This document shows positions 36,604 through 46,506 of a stretch of 64,000 nucleotides of DNA, in pieces. The translations under genes were made by a program, and so were the position numbers. The notes under the pieces were generated by a model. That model saw nothing but the letters and a program-made list of their open reading frames with translations. It had not been told where the DNA came from and ran no database searches. Positions within the stretch are counted from its first letter, which is position 1. Each line of letters begins with the position of its first letter. The DNA comes from a virus: IMG/VR virus record IMGVR_UViG_3300028629_000007; one strand, written 5' to 3'.

Positions 36604-37398
36604 TTACACCTTTGTATTGGGGTAGTCCGATTGAAAGCCCTGGTTATATCCACCAGTAGCTCCATAACCTTTTTGATTGATAAACTCATCAAGTTCCTGT
36701 CCTTCTTCATTGAAGAACTTATCCGTGAAATCTACGAAGTCTCTTCCAAGCTTTCCTGGGTTGATAAAGTGAAAACCAAGATTTTTTGCAAACTGCTCGT
36801 CAGCGCCATCGTAGCTATCACCAATCATATAACACTTTTCCCAATCTGGCTTTCCGTATTTCTCAATGATAGCCAATCCCATCGCTGGGCTTGGCTTGGC
36901 TGCTTTACCAGCTTCTTTTGTTTCTTTACCTAAACCATTCTTGACTAATGAAACATTACCACCATCTGTAACAAATATAGAAGCATCCGAGCAGAAGTAA
37001 ACAGGGAAGTCAACTCCAAGCTTCTTCACTGTCTCGTCCATGACCTTTCCACATCCTATAGCAGCATCGTCTAGTGTAGCCTGATCGGTCATGAAATCTG
37101 GAACATATTGACGTCTACGAAGCGGTCCCTTCTGATTAGATGTTCCACATACCGTCCAACCAGCATCCATCCAAGTCCGAATCGCTTGACCCATTCCTGG
37201 GAATACATTGACTTCTTCTTTTGTCAATGGCGGTCTTCCATCACCATCGGGCAAGTGTATAGCATGTCTAACAGTGTCATCAAAGTCTAAAAACAAATAC
37301 TTTATGCCCTTGTTTTCGAAGGTTGAGCTAAAAGCATTCAACGAATCACTTTCAATAAGAAACTTGCTACTCCAGTTTTTCATGGGATATCTCCACAC
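36604..37398 (-). CDS. HAD IIIA phosphatase (PNKP 3'-phosphatase/histidinol-phosphatase-like)
   Basis: LDFDDTV; SNQKG; KPSPAM; MIGD..DEQFAKNLG. Confidence 0.85.
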   Translation of the reverse strand: MWRYPMKNWSSKFLIESDSLNAFSSTFENKGIKYLFLDFDDTVRHAIHLPDGDGRPPLTKEEVNVFPGMGQAIRTWMDAGWTVCGTSNQKGPLRRRQYVPDFMTDQATLDDAAIGCGKVMDETVKKLGVDFPVYFCSDASIFVTDGGNVSLVKNGLGKETKEAGKAAKPSPAMGLAIIEKYGKPDWEKCYMIGDSYDGADEQFAKNLGFHFINPGKLGRDFVDFTDKFFNEEGQELDEFINQKGYGATGGYNQGFQSDYPNTKV

Positions 37399-37399
37399 C

Positions 37400-38272
37400 T
37401 TATTTATCAGGCTGAAGATTCTCTATAAGCGCCTCTTTATGTTTCTGCCATTGCTCTTCTGCTATCTTTTCCATGAGTGCAAAATCCTGACAATCAAGAG
37501 GAAGAGAAGTTGGTGGGGCAATGTAATGATTATTAAACCCCAGAAGGGTATGAGCCTGATACTCTTCCATTCCTGTAGCAGCATACATCGCAACTTCTAT
37601 TGCTTTAGGTGCCCATTCCAGTAAACCACGAATTCCACATGCTTTTGAATATCCCTCAAGAGTATCACATGCTATATTGACATTATAAAGATTCTCAAGA
37701 GTTGCTCCGGATCTTATAACTTCTGATATCACACACATACTTGGGTTGTTGCAAGCCATTCCACCGTCAATAAAACATTCTCCATTTATTTCATATGGGT
37801 TGAAATAGGTTGGTGCTGCTGAAGATGCCAAAACCACATCAACGGAACTAATATCATCTTTCCACGACTTCCAGAACTTTGGTTTTATACTTTTCCCACT
37901 GATGTTAACGGCATATGCCATATACTTGGTTTTCGAAGTGTTGATTGGGAAGTTTATATATTTCCTAACAATTTCCTGTAAGGAGTCTCGGCTGTATTTT
38001 GCACGAAATAAAGAAGTAATAAACCAACGTTTATTAGAAAAAATCTTAGGAATAAACTCACGATATAATTCAACGGTTTCCTTGGCAGAATAACCTTTAG
38101 CTAACATAGCTCCAATAATAGAGCCAGTTGAGACTCCACCTATCATGTCAAATAGCTGATATGTTTTATACTTATTATCAAATGCTTCTTCAAGACGCAT
38201 AAGTATATAAGCAGACATATACCCCTTGGAGCCACCACCATTTAGAGATAATGTTTTCATATCTTCCTCCAA
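37400..38272 (-). CDS. Patatin-like phospholipase
   Basis: GGGSKG; GVSTG; DGG; GATAAATA at 38277-38284. Confidence 0.92.
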   Translation of the reverse strand: MEEDMKTLSLNGGGSKGYMSAYILMRLEEAFDNKYKTYQLFDMIGGVSTGSIIGAMLAKGYSAKETVELYREFIPKIFSNKRWFITSLFRAKYSRDSLQEIVRKYINFPINTSKTKYMAYAVNISGKSIKPKFWKSWKDDISSVDVVLASSAAPTYFNPYEINGECFIDGGMACNNPSMCVISEVIRSGATLENLYNVNIACDTLEGYSKACGIRGLLEWAPKAIEVAMYAATGMEEYQAHTLLGFNNHYIAPPTSLPLDCQDFALMEKIAEEQWQKHKEALIENLQPDK

Positions 38273-38275
38273 TTC

Positions 38276-38827
38276 TTATTTATCGTATAGGTATTGATGT
38301 AGATCTTTACAATCAAGAATTTCTTCGACTATATACTTATGCAATGATTTTTCTGTTGGTATCATTGTCTTATAGTAATTGTCGAATTCCTCATCCCACA
38401 TGGGGAGAATTCCCGGTGGTTTGTCCATTCCAATAGATATGGAGTACTTTTTCTGCATTGGGTAAACGATATGGACAATATAGGTTCTTTCAAGAGAACC
38501 AAGATACCAGCATTGAAAATCTATCATGCAAATGGTTTTGGGACTTCTTCTTTTCTTTCCATCCACTCTTTCAACATGGGTAAGAATAGCATCAGCCACA
38601 TAATCAACCACTACTTCAAGTGCAGAATCAATATTTTGATGGATAAAGGGATAATGATCGTATGTCGGCAATGGTGATTTCTTACGGTGGTTGATGACGA
38701 ATGTTGGTCTATAGTCAAACAAATAAATTTCTTTTTCAAGCTTCATAAGCTTGCTCGTAGTATCTTCTATGGCATCTCTGAGAGCCTCGTTCTGCTTCTC
38801 TACTTCTTTGGTGTATGCGTCTTTCAT
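38276..38827 (-). CDS. Family A leader protein
   Basis: AYTKEVEKQNEALR. Confidence 0.75.
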   Translation of the reverse strand: MKDAYTKEVEKQNEALRDAIEDTTSKLMKLEKEIYLFDYRPTFVINHRKKSPLPTYDHYPFIHQNIDSALEVVVDYVADAILTHVERVDGKKRRSPKTICMIDFQCWYLGSLERTYIVHIVYPMQKKYSISIGMDKPPGILPMWDEEFDNYYKTMIPTEKSLHKYIVEEILDCKDLHQYLYDK

Positions 38828-39363
38828 TTACCCTCCCCAACAACTCGAATAAGCTCACCCGTGCGTCCCAACGTCAAGAGGTTCTTGACCGAACCATCAA
38901 CACATCTAGTTTGACCGAACCTGATTATGTCAATGTTCCAGCTTCTTATAGTGTCAACTTCATGGATGGGAACGGGAATTATCCTTCTCAGATAAGAAGA
39001 GTCTGAGTGGACTGGTGACGATTCCGCTTGAAATACGAATGACGCAACTTCTTCTTTGAGATACTTATGAGCATCTTCATAGTTACTGAAATATGCTATA
39101 TCATAGTTACATAAAGTTTTTGTTGTTATGGCAACTTTATAGAACTTCTCTTGTAGCTCCTTCACACGCTCCTTGAGATGCTCTTCGCGAATCTCAGCAC
39201 CTTCAAGCTTATCACGAAGCAAATCCACTAATGCTTCTAAGTCCTTGTTATATACTTCAGGATGGCTTGAATGTAACATTGAATGCCTTTTTTCTTGGAT
39301 CATAGTACATAGCCTCGTTCTTGTCTTCAAATACTCTGAATCCATCATACCACATTCTACCAT
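38824..39363 (-). CDS. Family A-like protein, start uncertain
   Basis: VYNKDLEALVDLLR. Confidence 0.6.
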   Translation of the reverse strand: MVECGMMDSEYLKTRTRLCTMIQEKRHSMLHSSHPEVYNKDLEALVDLLRDKLEGAEIREEHLKERVKELQEKFYKVAITTKTLCNYDIAYFSNYEDAHKYLKEEVASFVFQAESSPVHSDSSYLRRIIPVPIHEVDTIRSWNIDIIRFGQTRCVDGSVKNLLTLGRTGELIRVVGEGK

Positions 39364-39730
39364 CTATTTCTTTGTTTTTTGCTCCACTTATGAAAGAAAT
39401 CTGATACATGATATTGGCTCTCTTTATTCCCATGACTCTGGATATTTCTGACCTAACACTATTATAGCACCAATACTTTTCATAATGGGCGTTGATAAAC
39501 TTGACACACTCAGATTGTCTGGAATGGGCAAATACAGGAAGGGTTACATACCCACTCTTCTTGTTACCCAAGAGAATTGATACCAGTCTAACTTCACCCC
39601 TGTCGTAGTGATACGACATCGCATCTCTTTCTTTGACTAATGTATCTTTCTCCTGCTCAACCCTTTCTATATGGTCGCGGAGCTTCTCATTTTCTTCTTC
39701 GATACTTTTGATGTAGTTGAGGTCAGTCAT
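39257..39730 (-). CDS. Family A leader protein
   Basis: NYIKSIEEENEKLR. Confidence 0.75.
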   Translation of the reverse strand: MTDLNYIKSIEEENEKLRDHIERVEQEKDTLVKERDAMSYHYDRGEVRLVSILLGNKKSGYVTLPVFAHSRQSECVKFINAHYEKYWCYNSVRSEISRVMGIKRANIMYQISFISGAKNKEIDGRMWYDGFRVFEDKNEAMYYDPRKKAFNVTFKPS

Positions 39731-40071
39731 CGGTATTTACTCAGTTTCTCAAATGCTTCTTGTATTTTCTTATTCAGACTCTCAAGGTCGTAGGTGTTTG
39801 TTTCATATTTCTTACGCATGTCAACGTGTGGTTCACACTCTACTCCAATTTTAGAAAGAGCCAAATATTCTTCTTCTGTAATGTCTTTGTTATTCGAACC
39901 ACCCCTTACAATTACACTATAAGTCTTCTTCCCTTTCATATCTGTCGTAGATGATAATAGAAGTAATCTGTTGATCTGCTCGAAACAAACAAGAAATCCA
40001 TCAATTCTTTCAGTTAAGTATTCATTTTGCTTTTCGATATTTTTAACATATTCATCGTCATAGTTACTCAT
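39727..40071 (-). CDS. Family A leader protein
   Basis: EYVKNIEKQNEYL. Confidence 0.75.
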   Translation of the reverse strand: MSNYDDEYVKNIEKQNEYLTERIDGFLVCFEQINRLLLLSSTTDMKGKKTYSVIVRGGSNNKDITEEEYLALSKIGVECEPHVDMRKKYETNTYDLESLNKKIQEAFEKLSKYR

Positions 40072-40462
40072 TTGTTTCTTCCTTATTCTTACGAAGCTCT
40101 TCCATTTGCTTTTGATGTTCCAATACCTTCTCAACTTCTTTCTCTATTTCCTCTTGGTTTAAGGCATTTCGTATTATGGGCATGGCTATATTGCCGAAGT
40201 TGGTCGGAAACTCGGGGAACTCCATGGGAGTTACTATCTGAGCGTCTATTCCAACCAACACCAACACTTCTTCATCGACAAGTGGTATCATTTCACGAAG
40301 GGGTCTAAGACGTAAGAAGAACCTTCCTTCTTTATCTTTTTTCACTTCCATATTATCCCGAATCAGCTTATGTAGAGTAGCATCCTGTTTCTCCATGTTG
40401 CTCCTAAGCTTCTCGTTCTCAGCTTCCAGTTGCTTGATGTAATTTGCAGTTGCGTCATCCAT
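40064..40462 (-). CDS. Family A leader protein
   Basis: NYIKQLEAENEKLR. Confidence 0.75.
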   Translation of the reverse strand: MDDATANYIKQLEAENEKLRSNMEKQDATLHKLIRDNMEVKKDKEGRFFLRLRPLREMIPLVDEEVLVLVGIDAQIVTPMEFPEFPTNFGNIAMPIIRNALNQEEIEKEVEKVLEHQKQMEELRKNKEETNE

Positions 40463-40472
40463 AGTATTTCCT

Positions 40473-40916
40473 TTATAGATCAATCTTTTCTGTTTCTGGC
40501 GCGAATCCAAAAGTCCTGTTTTGAAATATGCTCCATTGTCCAGTGTTATTGTTTTTTATAGCAAATTTCATTGCCTGAATCTTACTCTCCAAATCGTTTA
40601 GCCAGATTTTTTTCATTATTGGGTATAACATTGGCATTCTTTTATAAGTATATTCACTATTGGGATGCCATTGAATTGACCAAACAGCTATATTATAATC
40701 CGGACTTCTCCGTGTTCCTCGACATGTTTTATTGTTTATATCACTTGATAAGAGCAAATTTGTTATGTCTTTTTTAAATTCTTGAAGGTCGGAGGCAGTA
40801 GCATGATATTTTCTTTTAGTATCATCACATTCTATTATCTGCTTCTCAAGAGCATCTCTAAGCTTCTCGTTCTCGGCTTCCAGTAGCTTTTCATAGATAG
40901 TCGTAGCTTCGGGCAT
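40473..40916 (-). CDS. Family A leader protein
   Basis: IYEKLLEAENEKLR; promoter 40923-40951. Confidence 0.8.
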   Translation of the reverse strand: MPEATTIYEKLLEAENEKLRDALEKQIIECDDTKRKYHATASDLQEFKKDITNLLLSSDINNKTCRGTRRSPDYNIAVWSIQWHPNSEYTYKRMPMLYPIMKKIWLNDLESKIQAMKFAIKNNNTGQWSIFQNRTFGFAPETEKIDL

Positions 40917-40943
40917 ATGTCCATTCTATCATGGGTTATGGTA

Positions 40944-41138
40944 TTAGTCAAATATGTGATGACATCTCATATAATATTCACCCGTTTCTTTCCAGTAGAC
41001 ATAGGCTTGCCTTTTTCTATTATTGTACGATTTACCAGCTAATACCTCTTTGTATTGCCTCGACCCGATATGGTTATTGAACATATAGTCTCTTCCATAT
41101 ACTCCCCATTTGCCTTTTTTCTTATACAGAGTTGTCAT
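40944..41138 (-). CDS. Small basic protein, tandem paralogue 1
   Basis: GR.YMF.NH..NRKRQ..W..YMR..HIFD*. Confidence 0.8.
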   Translation of the reverse strand: MTTLYKKKGKWGVYGRDYMFNNHIGSRQYKEVLAGKSYNNRKRQAYVYWKETGEYYMRCHHIFD

Positions 41139-41166
41139 TATTCACATTCTACCATAATTGTCGGTG

Positions 41167-41364
41167 TTAGTCAAATATATGCTCATATCTCATGTAGTGA
41201 CTTCCCAAGTGCTTCCAATCCCAATGCCTTTGTCTTTTTCTGTTGTGGCTGCATATCGTAGGAAACGCTCTATGAAATAGACGGGAGCATCTGTGATTGG
41301 TGAACATATATTGTCTTCCGGATAATATACCAAATATATCTTTGTTTCCACAGAGTTTTGACAT
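41167..41364 (-). CDS. Small basic protein, tandem paralogue 2
   Basis: Same motifs as 40944-41138. Confidence 0.8.
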   Translation of the reverse strand: MSKLCGNKDIFGILSGRQYMFTNHRCSRLFHRAFPTICSHNRKRQRHWDWKHLGSHYMRYEHIFD

Positions 41365-41817
41365 TCATTCACCATACTTCTTTCTTTTTATTGACTTGTC
41401 AGTGATCGTCTTATATTCCTCGCCAGTACAATACACTCGTCCCCGACTTAGCTTGTATATAGAAAAGGCTTGATTACCTTTTGCTTTACAAGTCCTAAAA
41501 TCAATATCCCACACTATTCTTGCTGTCATTGCATTCTTATCTTTCTTATACGCATAACACAACATTGATACAATAAGGGAGGTATCCTTTCCAATCATAT
41601 CAGTGTGGATGAAGTCTATCCATCTCCTACATTCGCCTTTATCAAGCGTATAATCAGACTGAAGAATAGTCCCGTCTTTATTACATATCCATCTCTCATA
41701 AGAAAATATATTACGCTTCTGTTCAATCTCGTTGGTCAACAGGGCAGACTCCAAGGAAGCTTTGAGCTTCTCGTTCTCGGCTTCAAGCTGCTTGATATAA
41801 AAATCTAAATCTCCCAT
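41365..41817 (-). CDS. Family A leader protein
   Basis: FYIKQLEAENEKLK. Confidence 0.75.
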   Translation of the reverse strand: MGDLDFYIKQLEAENEKLKASLESALLTNEIEQKRNIFSYERWICNKDGTILQSDYTLDKGECRRWIDFIHTDMIGKDTSLIVSMLCYAYKKDKNAMTARIVWDIDFRTCKAKGNQAFSIYKLSRGRVYCTGEEYKTITDKSIKRKKYGE

Positions 41818-42065
41818 AAGCCAATCCTCTGGAGTTGCATATTATCGGTGTCTTGATTTACATCGCAAGTGTTGTTTCTCTTCAACTTGGAGAACCTTTT
41901 CCAATCCTTTTGAAATTTCTTTTTATATCCGACAATGTTGTATTCAAATATAAACTGAGTATAATTCTCGAAGCTGCGGAGCCATAGAGGAACCTTGACC
42001 GTCAAACGACTCCAGCCTTCCATTTGACCCAGAGATAGCTGCTTACGGATTACTTTTATTTTCAT
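41805..42065 (-). CDS. Small basic hypothetical protein, family C-like
   Basis: KKKFQKDWKRF. Confidence 0.6.
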   Translation of the reverse strand: MKIKVIRKQLSLGQMEGWSRLTVKVPLWLRSFENYTQFIFEYNIVGYKKKFQKDWKRFSKLKRNNTCDVNQDTDNMQLQRIGLWEI

Positions 42066-42526
42066 TTGGACATTTTAGGGTGGTTTGATTTTATATCTTC
42101 CAGAAATTTCTTAGCAATCGCTTCAGTATTCTGGATTTCTATTTGTTCTGTCATCCACATAATAGCATTTTCGTTTATCGTCTTCAAGTCTTTTGGGCGA
42201 GTGTTCTCAACTCTCTCCTTTCCAAACCCAAGAGAATACTCACATGCACGCATGGCTGATGTAAGTGTCAACTCTCGGTTAGGTTCGCTCCAGTACCATT
42301 CCTTTCGATCAAACCTGATGACATAGCACCTGTAATTACCCATAAATGATTGGACAATAACCGCAAGACAGAAGTTTCCTAAGCAGAGTCGATAATTTAC
42401 CTCAGAGCCGTTTATCTCTTCTTTCCAAGTAGCTCCACAATAGTCAATAGTCTCTTGGGCAGCTTCAAGCTGGCGACGAAGTTTCTCGTTCTCTTCTTCA
42501 AGTTGCTTGGTGTAGATATCGGTCAT
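42062..42526 (-). CDS. Family A leader protein
   Basis: IYTKQLEEENEKLR. Confidence 0.8.
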   Translation of the reverse strand: MTDIYTKQLEEENEKLRRQLEAAQETIDYCGATWKEEINGSEVNYRLCLGNFCLAVIVQSFMGNYRCYVIRFDRKEWYWSEPNRELTLTSAMRACEYSLGFGKERVENTRPKDLKTINENAIMWMTEQIEIQNTEAIAKKFLEDIKSNHPKMSK

Positions 42527-42813
42527 TTCTTTCGGTATCCTGCTTCTGCTTTGGCTTCTTCAATGCAGTCGTTGACTATTTTTTGAATAAAGATGTTATT
42601 TTTGGTGCGACGAATAGGGGCAACAATTTCCACATATTTTTCGTCTATTCGGGTGTGATTCAATACATTCTTAGACGGCGTATACATCGTAGCCAGATGG
42701 TCTATGATAAGGTCATAGCACCCAGACTTGAGTCCGTTTTCCTCAAGCTTCTTGCGAAGCTTCTCATTTTCTTCTTCAAGCTGTTTGACATAGGTTTCGT
42801 CTATCATCCCCAC
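42523..42813 (-). CDS. Family A leader protein
   Basis: TYVKQLEEENEKLR. Confidence 0.8.
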   Translation of the reverse strand: MGMIDETYVKQLEEENEKLRKKLEENGLKSGCYDLIIDHLATMYTPSKNVLNHTRIDEKYVEIVAPIRRTKNNIFIQKIVNDCIEEAKAEAGYRKK

Positions 42814-43196
42814 ACCTTCTTTCTTTCGCCTGTTATTACGTCAAGCGAGTAGATGTCAAGTATGAGACTAAGACCAGCGTATTCGCTTTTAGCATAATCT
42901 TGGTCAACACTAACCAATAGTCGCATTCTTCCACCCATATGAAGAAAAGCTATAAAGACATCTTCAATCGTCTTGAAGTATCTTTTGTTGTCCTCTAATT
43001 GAATCAGGTTGTCGCCCTTTGGTTTGACATAATACAACAGATTTTCCTTGACAAGCAATTTGTCAATGACTTTATTTAGTCCCTCTATATGGGCTTCAAG
43101 CTGTTTGACATACTCTTCATCGACCACGAGGAATACTCCTGTAAGAACGAATGCTTCTGATGTAATCATCGACTTCATCAAGTGGACACAGCCCAA
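42804..43196 (-). CDS. Family A leader protein, start uncertain
   Basis: EYVKQLEAHIEGL. Confidence 0.65.
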   Translation of the reverse strand: MGCVHLMKSMITSEAFVLTGVFLVVDEEYVKQLEAHIEGLNKVIDKLLVKENLLYYVKPKGDNLIQLEDNKRYFKTIEDVFIAFLHMGGRMRLLVSVDQDYAKSEYAGLSLILDIYSLDVITGERKKVWG

Positions 43197-43686
43197 GCAT
43201 GTTCACGAAGTCCGGAAGAACCTTGGCATAGTCCCAGTTAGGGCTAAGACAGATGACCACGGAGTTTATATTTCTTAGGCTTATATCTTCTATTCCAAGC
43301 CTAGTCTTGTACTTTAGAGGATAATCTTTCTTCTTTCCATATGGGTTACACAACCCGTTTCTCTGTCTGATACACTCGGTGTAGCTTGGATACCTCCACT
43401 CAAACTCCTTGACACTCTTGGGCATGAAGTTACCCCAGGTTCCTTCATTTAACTCATCACCAGAATCGACAACTATATCGTTATGGAAGTCTATATTAAT
43501 AACCTTTTTGGTTCCTTTTGGAATAAGACCATATTCTACAATGGCATCATGATACTTGATGACATGGGAATACTTGACGCTATCCATTAGTTGCCTAATG
43601 AAACATGAAGCTGCTCGGAGGTCGGACAACGATGGATTGCGGTTGGTCCAATAGTCAAGGTCAACCGTGACGAGAGTATGGGGCAT
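43117..43686 (-). CDS. UPF0489/arginase-fold-like protein
   Basis: VDLDYW; HDAI; NIDFHND; NEGTW; ICLSP. Confidence 0.65.
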   Translation of the reverse strand: MPHTLVTVDLDYWTNRNPSLSDLRAASCFIRQLMDSVKYSHVIKYHDAIVEYGLIPKGTKKVINIDFHNDIVVDSGDELNEGTWGNFMPKSVKEFEWRYPSYTECIRQRNGLCNPYGKKKDYPLKYKTRLGIEDISLRNINSVVICLSPNWDYAKVLPDFVNMLGLCPLDEVDDYIRSIRSYRSIPRGR

Positions 43687-43717
43687 GCTTTATCATAACA
43701 ACGGATTTACCAAAAGC

Positions 43718-43749
43718 AAGGGGAGAGCCTCATAAGAAGCTCTCCCCTT
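43718..43749 (-). terminator. Stem-loop after TROVE, abutting the next -35
   Basis: AAGGGGAGAGC-N10-GCTCTCCCCTT. Confidence 0.8.
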
Positions 43750-43770
43750 TATATCACAGATGTTTTTCTT

Positions 43771-45378
43771 TTACTGCTTCTGCTCGTACATCTTTGACAT
43801 TTGAGCAGCGTAACGAATCACCCCATCAGACCAGCCTCCTAGTATGAAGGTTCGGTCATAGTTCTCCGGAACCAGCGTATCAGTGTACGAAGCAACCTGA
43901 ACCAAATAAACCATGACCTTCGGGTTGATCTTGCGATACTCCTTGATCAGCTTAGGAACGTGGATATGGTTACTTCCCTTCCAACCATATTCCTTCATAT
44001 ACTGACGAGAACATGCTTCAGTTCCGTACAAGCCACCGTGTCCAGCCTGCATGTCGCTGTAGATGAAGATATGATCCCAATGCTCCTTCTCCTTGATTGC
44101 CTTGTCGAAGAACAACCAGATTCCGTTCTCGGTGCTTCCACCGATCCCATCACCAAGGTTGTTAGCCTTCTTCAAGTCATCGAAGATGGATGAAGACTTG
44201 CGAACCGCGAAGGTTTCAAGCTTGTCACCGAAGACACCAACATGTCCGTTCTCGGCGCACTTTGCAGTGACAACTGCGGTAAGGTTGGCAATCTCGGATA
44301 CCTTGACACTACCATAGGCAGAAGTCATGGTTCCATGAGCAGATCCGGAGTTGTCACAGAGCGACATGACATTACCCTTGAACTGCGGAAGGTTCTTGAG
44401 AGAAATCTTCATGCAGTCTTCAACGGCATCCATGACAGATGACTTACCCTGCGATTCGACTGCCTTGAAGGCACTCCAGTAACGGAACGGAAGCTGCTTT
44501 CCAGTCTCGGCAGTTGCAACAAGCTTATCCAAGTAGACACTGGTATCTACACCCTTCTCTTGGAAGTTACGCAAGTTGCGAAGCAGAGCCATGTGACCCA
44601 TGACTTCGACAGCCTTGGTCCAAGTCTCCTTGGTCGATCCCTCCTTGGAGATGATCGCTTCCCAAGTCTCTCCACTGGACTTCAACTCGCCCTTGGCGAG
44701 CTTACCGATAGCATCAGACTTTGGGTGACAGATGTTCATGACATCGACGGTCTTTACTTGATGTCCCTCAAGACGATACTTCGCAAGCGAGTACTCACTG
44801 CAAGCGGAGAGCGCCTTTGCCCAAGCCTTCTTCAAGGAGTTAGGAATTGGCTTACCAAATGCGGACTTCTGGTAGGCAAGTCCCGTTGCTGGCTCGTCTG
44901 CACGCTTGATGATTTCTGGAGCATACTTCTGAACCAATCCAAGTCCCTTAGCAGACTTGTGGTTAGCAGCACGAACGAGAATGACCTGTGGAGTAACACG
45001 GATGTTGTCCTCGTTACGAAGAGCAACAGCGACCTTGAGAGTCTCTTCGACATTGAACGCAAGAGCCTCGTCAATCGTCTTCTCCATGATTTCCTTCGGA
45101 GACATACCACGCCACTCCTGCGGGTCGATAGCGTCGAGTACGCTACGAAGCTCCTTCACATCGGCATCGGAGAGGCGATAGTCAGGGGCGTGACGAACCT
45201 TACGCTTGTCATCGGCGTCTCGGTTATAGTATTGGGGCTCACCGAAAAAGCACGACGAAGCGGCTATACGGAGCTTGTTAAGTGGGTTCTTAATATCCCA
45301 ACTGGTCCCACCCATATAATTGAGATGAGAGTCCTTGGTGATGTCAACTGGAATCTTCTTTGGGTTAATGCAATTCAT
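43771..45378 (-). CDS. TROVE-domain RNA-binding protein (Ro60/Rsr-like) with vWA domain
   Basis: LRIAASSCFFGEPQYY; YSLAKY; MALLRNLRN; CDNSGS; IYSDMQ. Confidence 0.92.
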   Translation of the reverse strand: MNCINPKKIPVDITKDSHLNYMGGTSWDIKNPLNKLRIAASSCFFGEPQYYNRDADDKRKVRHAPDYRLSDADVKELRSVLDAIDPQEWRGMSPKEIMEKTIDEALAFNVEETLKVAVALRNEDNIRVTPQVILVRAANHKSAKGLGLVQKYAPEIIKRADEPATGLAYQKSAFGKPIPNSLKKAWAKALSACSEYSLAKYRLEGHQVKTVDVMNICHPKSDAIGKLAKGELKSSGETWEAIISKEGSTKETWTKAVEVMGHMALLRNLRNFQEKGVDTSVYLDKLVATAETGKQLPFRYWSAFKAVESQGKSSVMDAVEDCMKISLKNLPQFKGNVMSLCDNSGSAHGTMTSAYGSVKVSEIANLTAVVTAKCAENGHVGVFGDKLETFAVRKSSSIFDDLKKANNLGDGIGGSTENGIWLFFDKAIKEKEHWDHIFIYSDMQAGHGGLYGTEACSRQYMKEYGWKGSNHIHVPKLIKEYRKINPKVMVYLVQVASYTDTLVPENYDRTFILGGWSDGVIRYAAQMSKMYEQKQ

Positions 45379-45466
45379 ATATTTACTGCCTTATGAAAGG
45401 AGGTTAATTGTAGTGTCAAGCAGAGTTGCTCAACAGATTATATTCTACCACATGTTTTCTAAAAAG

Positions 45467-46252
45467 TCAATACATTCTTCTGTTACTCGGATCCAGAACA
45501 TCAACTACAGTTGTCATAACTTCTGTCAAGTCATTTTGAAGACGATCATGGAGAACCTGATCGACTTTTCCATCTATCATATACAAGCGTCGATTTACCT
45601 CAATCATATATGTAGATCCAAGTTCCCCGTTATAGTCGCATGGATATATAGACCCCGAATAGGGAATGTTGGTGAAAACCTTGTAGCCCTTTTGTTCAAA
45701 TAGATACTTGAAAGTATCTACAATCTCCATTTTGGAGTGTTGTAAGTCCCAACCTATACAGATGTCGGGTCTTACCGGATCTTGATGAACATCTCTCTTC
45801 AATGGAACATCGGTAAATGAGTGACAGTCGAAGATAACAAATTTGCCAGGATACTCGTTAACTGCTTCTAAAAGCTTCTCATGGTGGGGAACATAGTAGT
45901 CCCAATAGATACTTTCTTTTATTCCGTTCTTATCTTCCCTGAGTAGCGAACCATCATCACAATGGGTATAGAAGTAACCCATGCCCTTTGCGCTCATCGG
46001 TTCCTCAGAGTCCTTGGCGAATCGTTCAACATCGCAAAACACACGGGAGAAGTCGGCTTTTACGATAGTTGCATATGGATAGTAGAAGAGCGTATCTGTA
46101 GCATGGTCGGTTAGCAAGTCAATTTCACTCTGCGGATCTTTCACATATCCTGTCATGTCTGGTATTTTATAAGACGAATGTGGAATGTGTAATATAGGAC
46201 GAACTTTCGTAGGATATCTTTTACCATCATAATAAACATAATCATGACTCAT
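45467..46252 (-). CDS. N-formylglutamate amidohydrolase family protein
   Basis: HIPHSS; SRVFCDVER; DCHSF; RPDICIG; NIPYSG; MIEVNRRLY. Confidence 0.9.
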   Translation of the reverse strand: MSHDYVYYDGKRYPTKVRPILHIPHSSYKIPDMTGYVKDPQSEIDLLTDHATDTLFYYPYATIVKADFSRVFCDVERFAKDSEEPMSAKGMGYFYTHCDDGSLLREDKNGIKESIYWDYYVPHHEKLLEAVNEYPGKFVIFDCHSFTDVPLKRDVHQDPVRPDICIGWDLQHSKMEIVDTFKYLFEQKGYKVFTNIPYSGSIYPCDYNGELGSTYMIEVNRRLYMIDGKVDQVLHDRLQNDLTEVMTTVVDVLDPSNRRMY

Positions 46253-46306
46253 GAAGATATCCTAATACCACCTTTCACCAAGTCAATCCCAATCTCCCAT
46301 TATGAT

Positions 46307-46504
46307 TTAAGAGCAACACTCTTCTTCTGTAGTTGGATATGGACTAACTGTAGTTCTGTATTGTTTGATGTCAGGATTTCCGACCCATCCTGTGTCAGCC
46401 CCAATACCACCATATTGTTCCAACTCTTCTTTTTTTATAAAAAGAGTTGTTTCAGTGACGGTCCACTCACCATCTATATATGTTATTGTTTTTGGGCAAG
46501 CCAT
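46307..46504 (-). CDS. Small acidic hypothetical protein
   Basis: ORF track, fills gap. Confidence 0.55.
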   Translation of the reverse strand: MACPKTITYIDGEWTVTETTLFIKKEELEQYGGIGADTGWVGNPDIKQYRTTVSPYPTTEEECCS

Positions 46505-46506
46505 TG

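Noticed and set aside
44560-45396. 278-aa plus-strand ORF
   Set aside because: Antisense shadow of TROVE; no motifs or RBS. Most other plus-strand ORFs in the track were dismissed for the same reason
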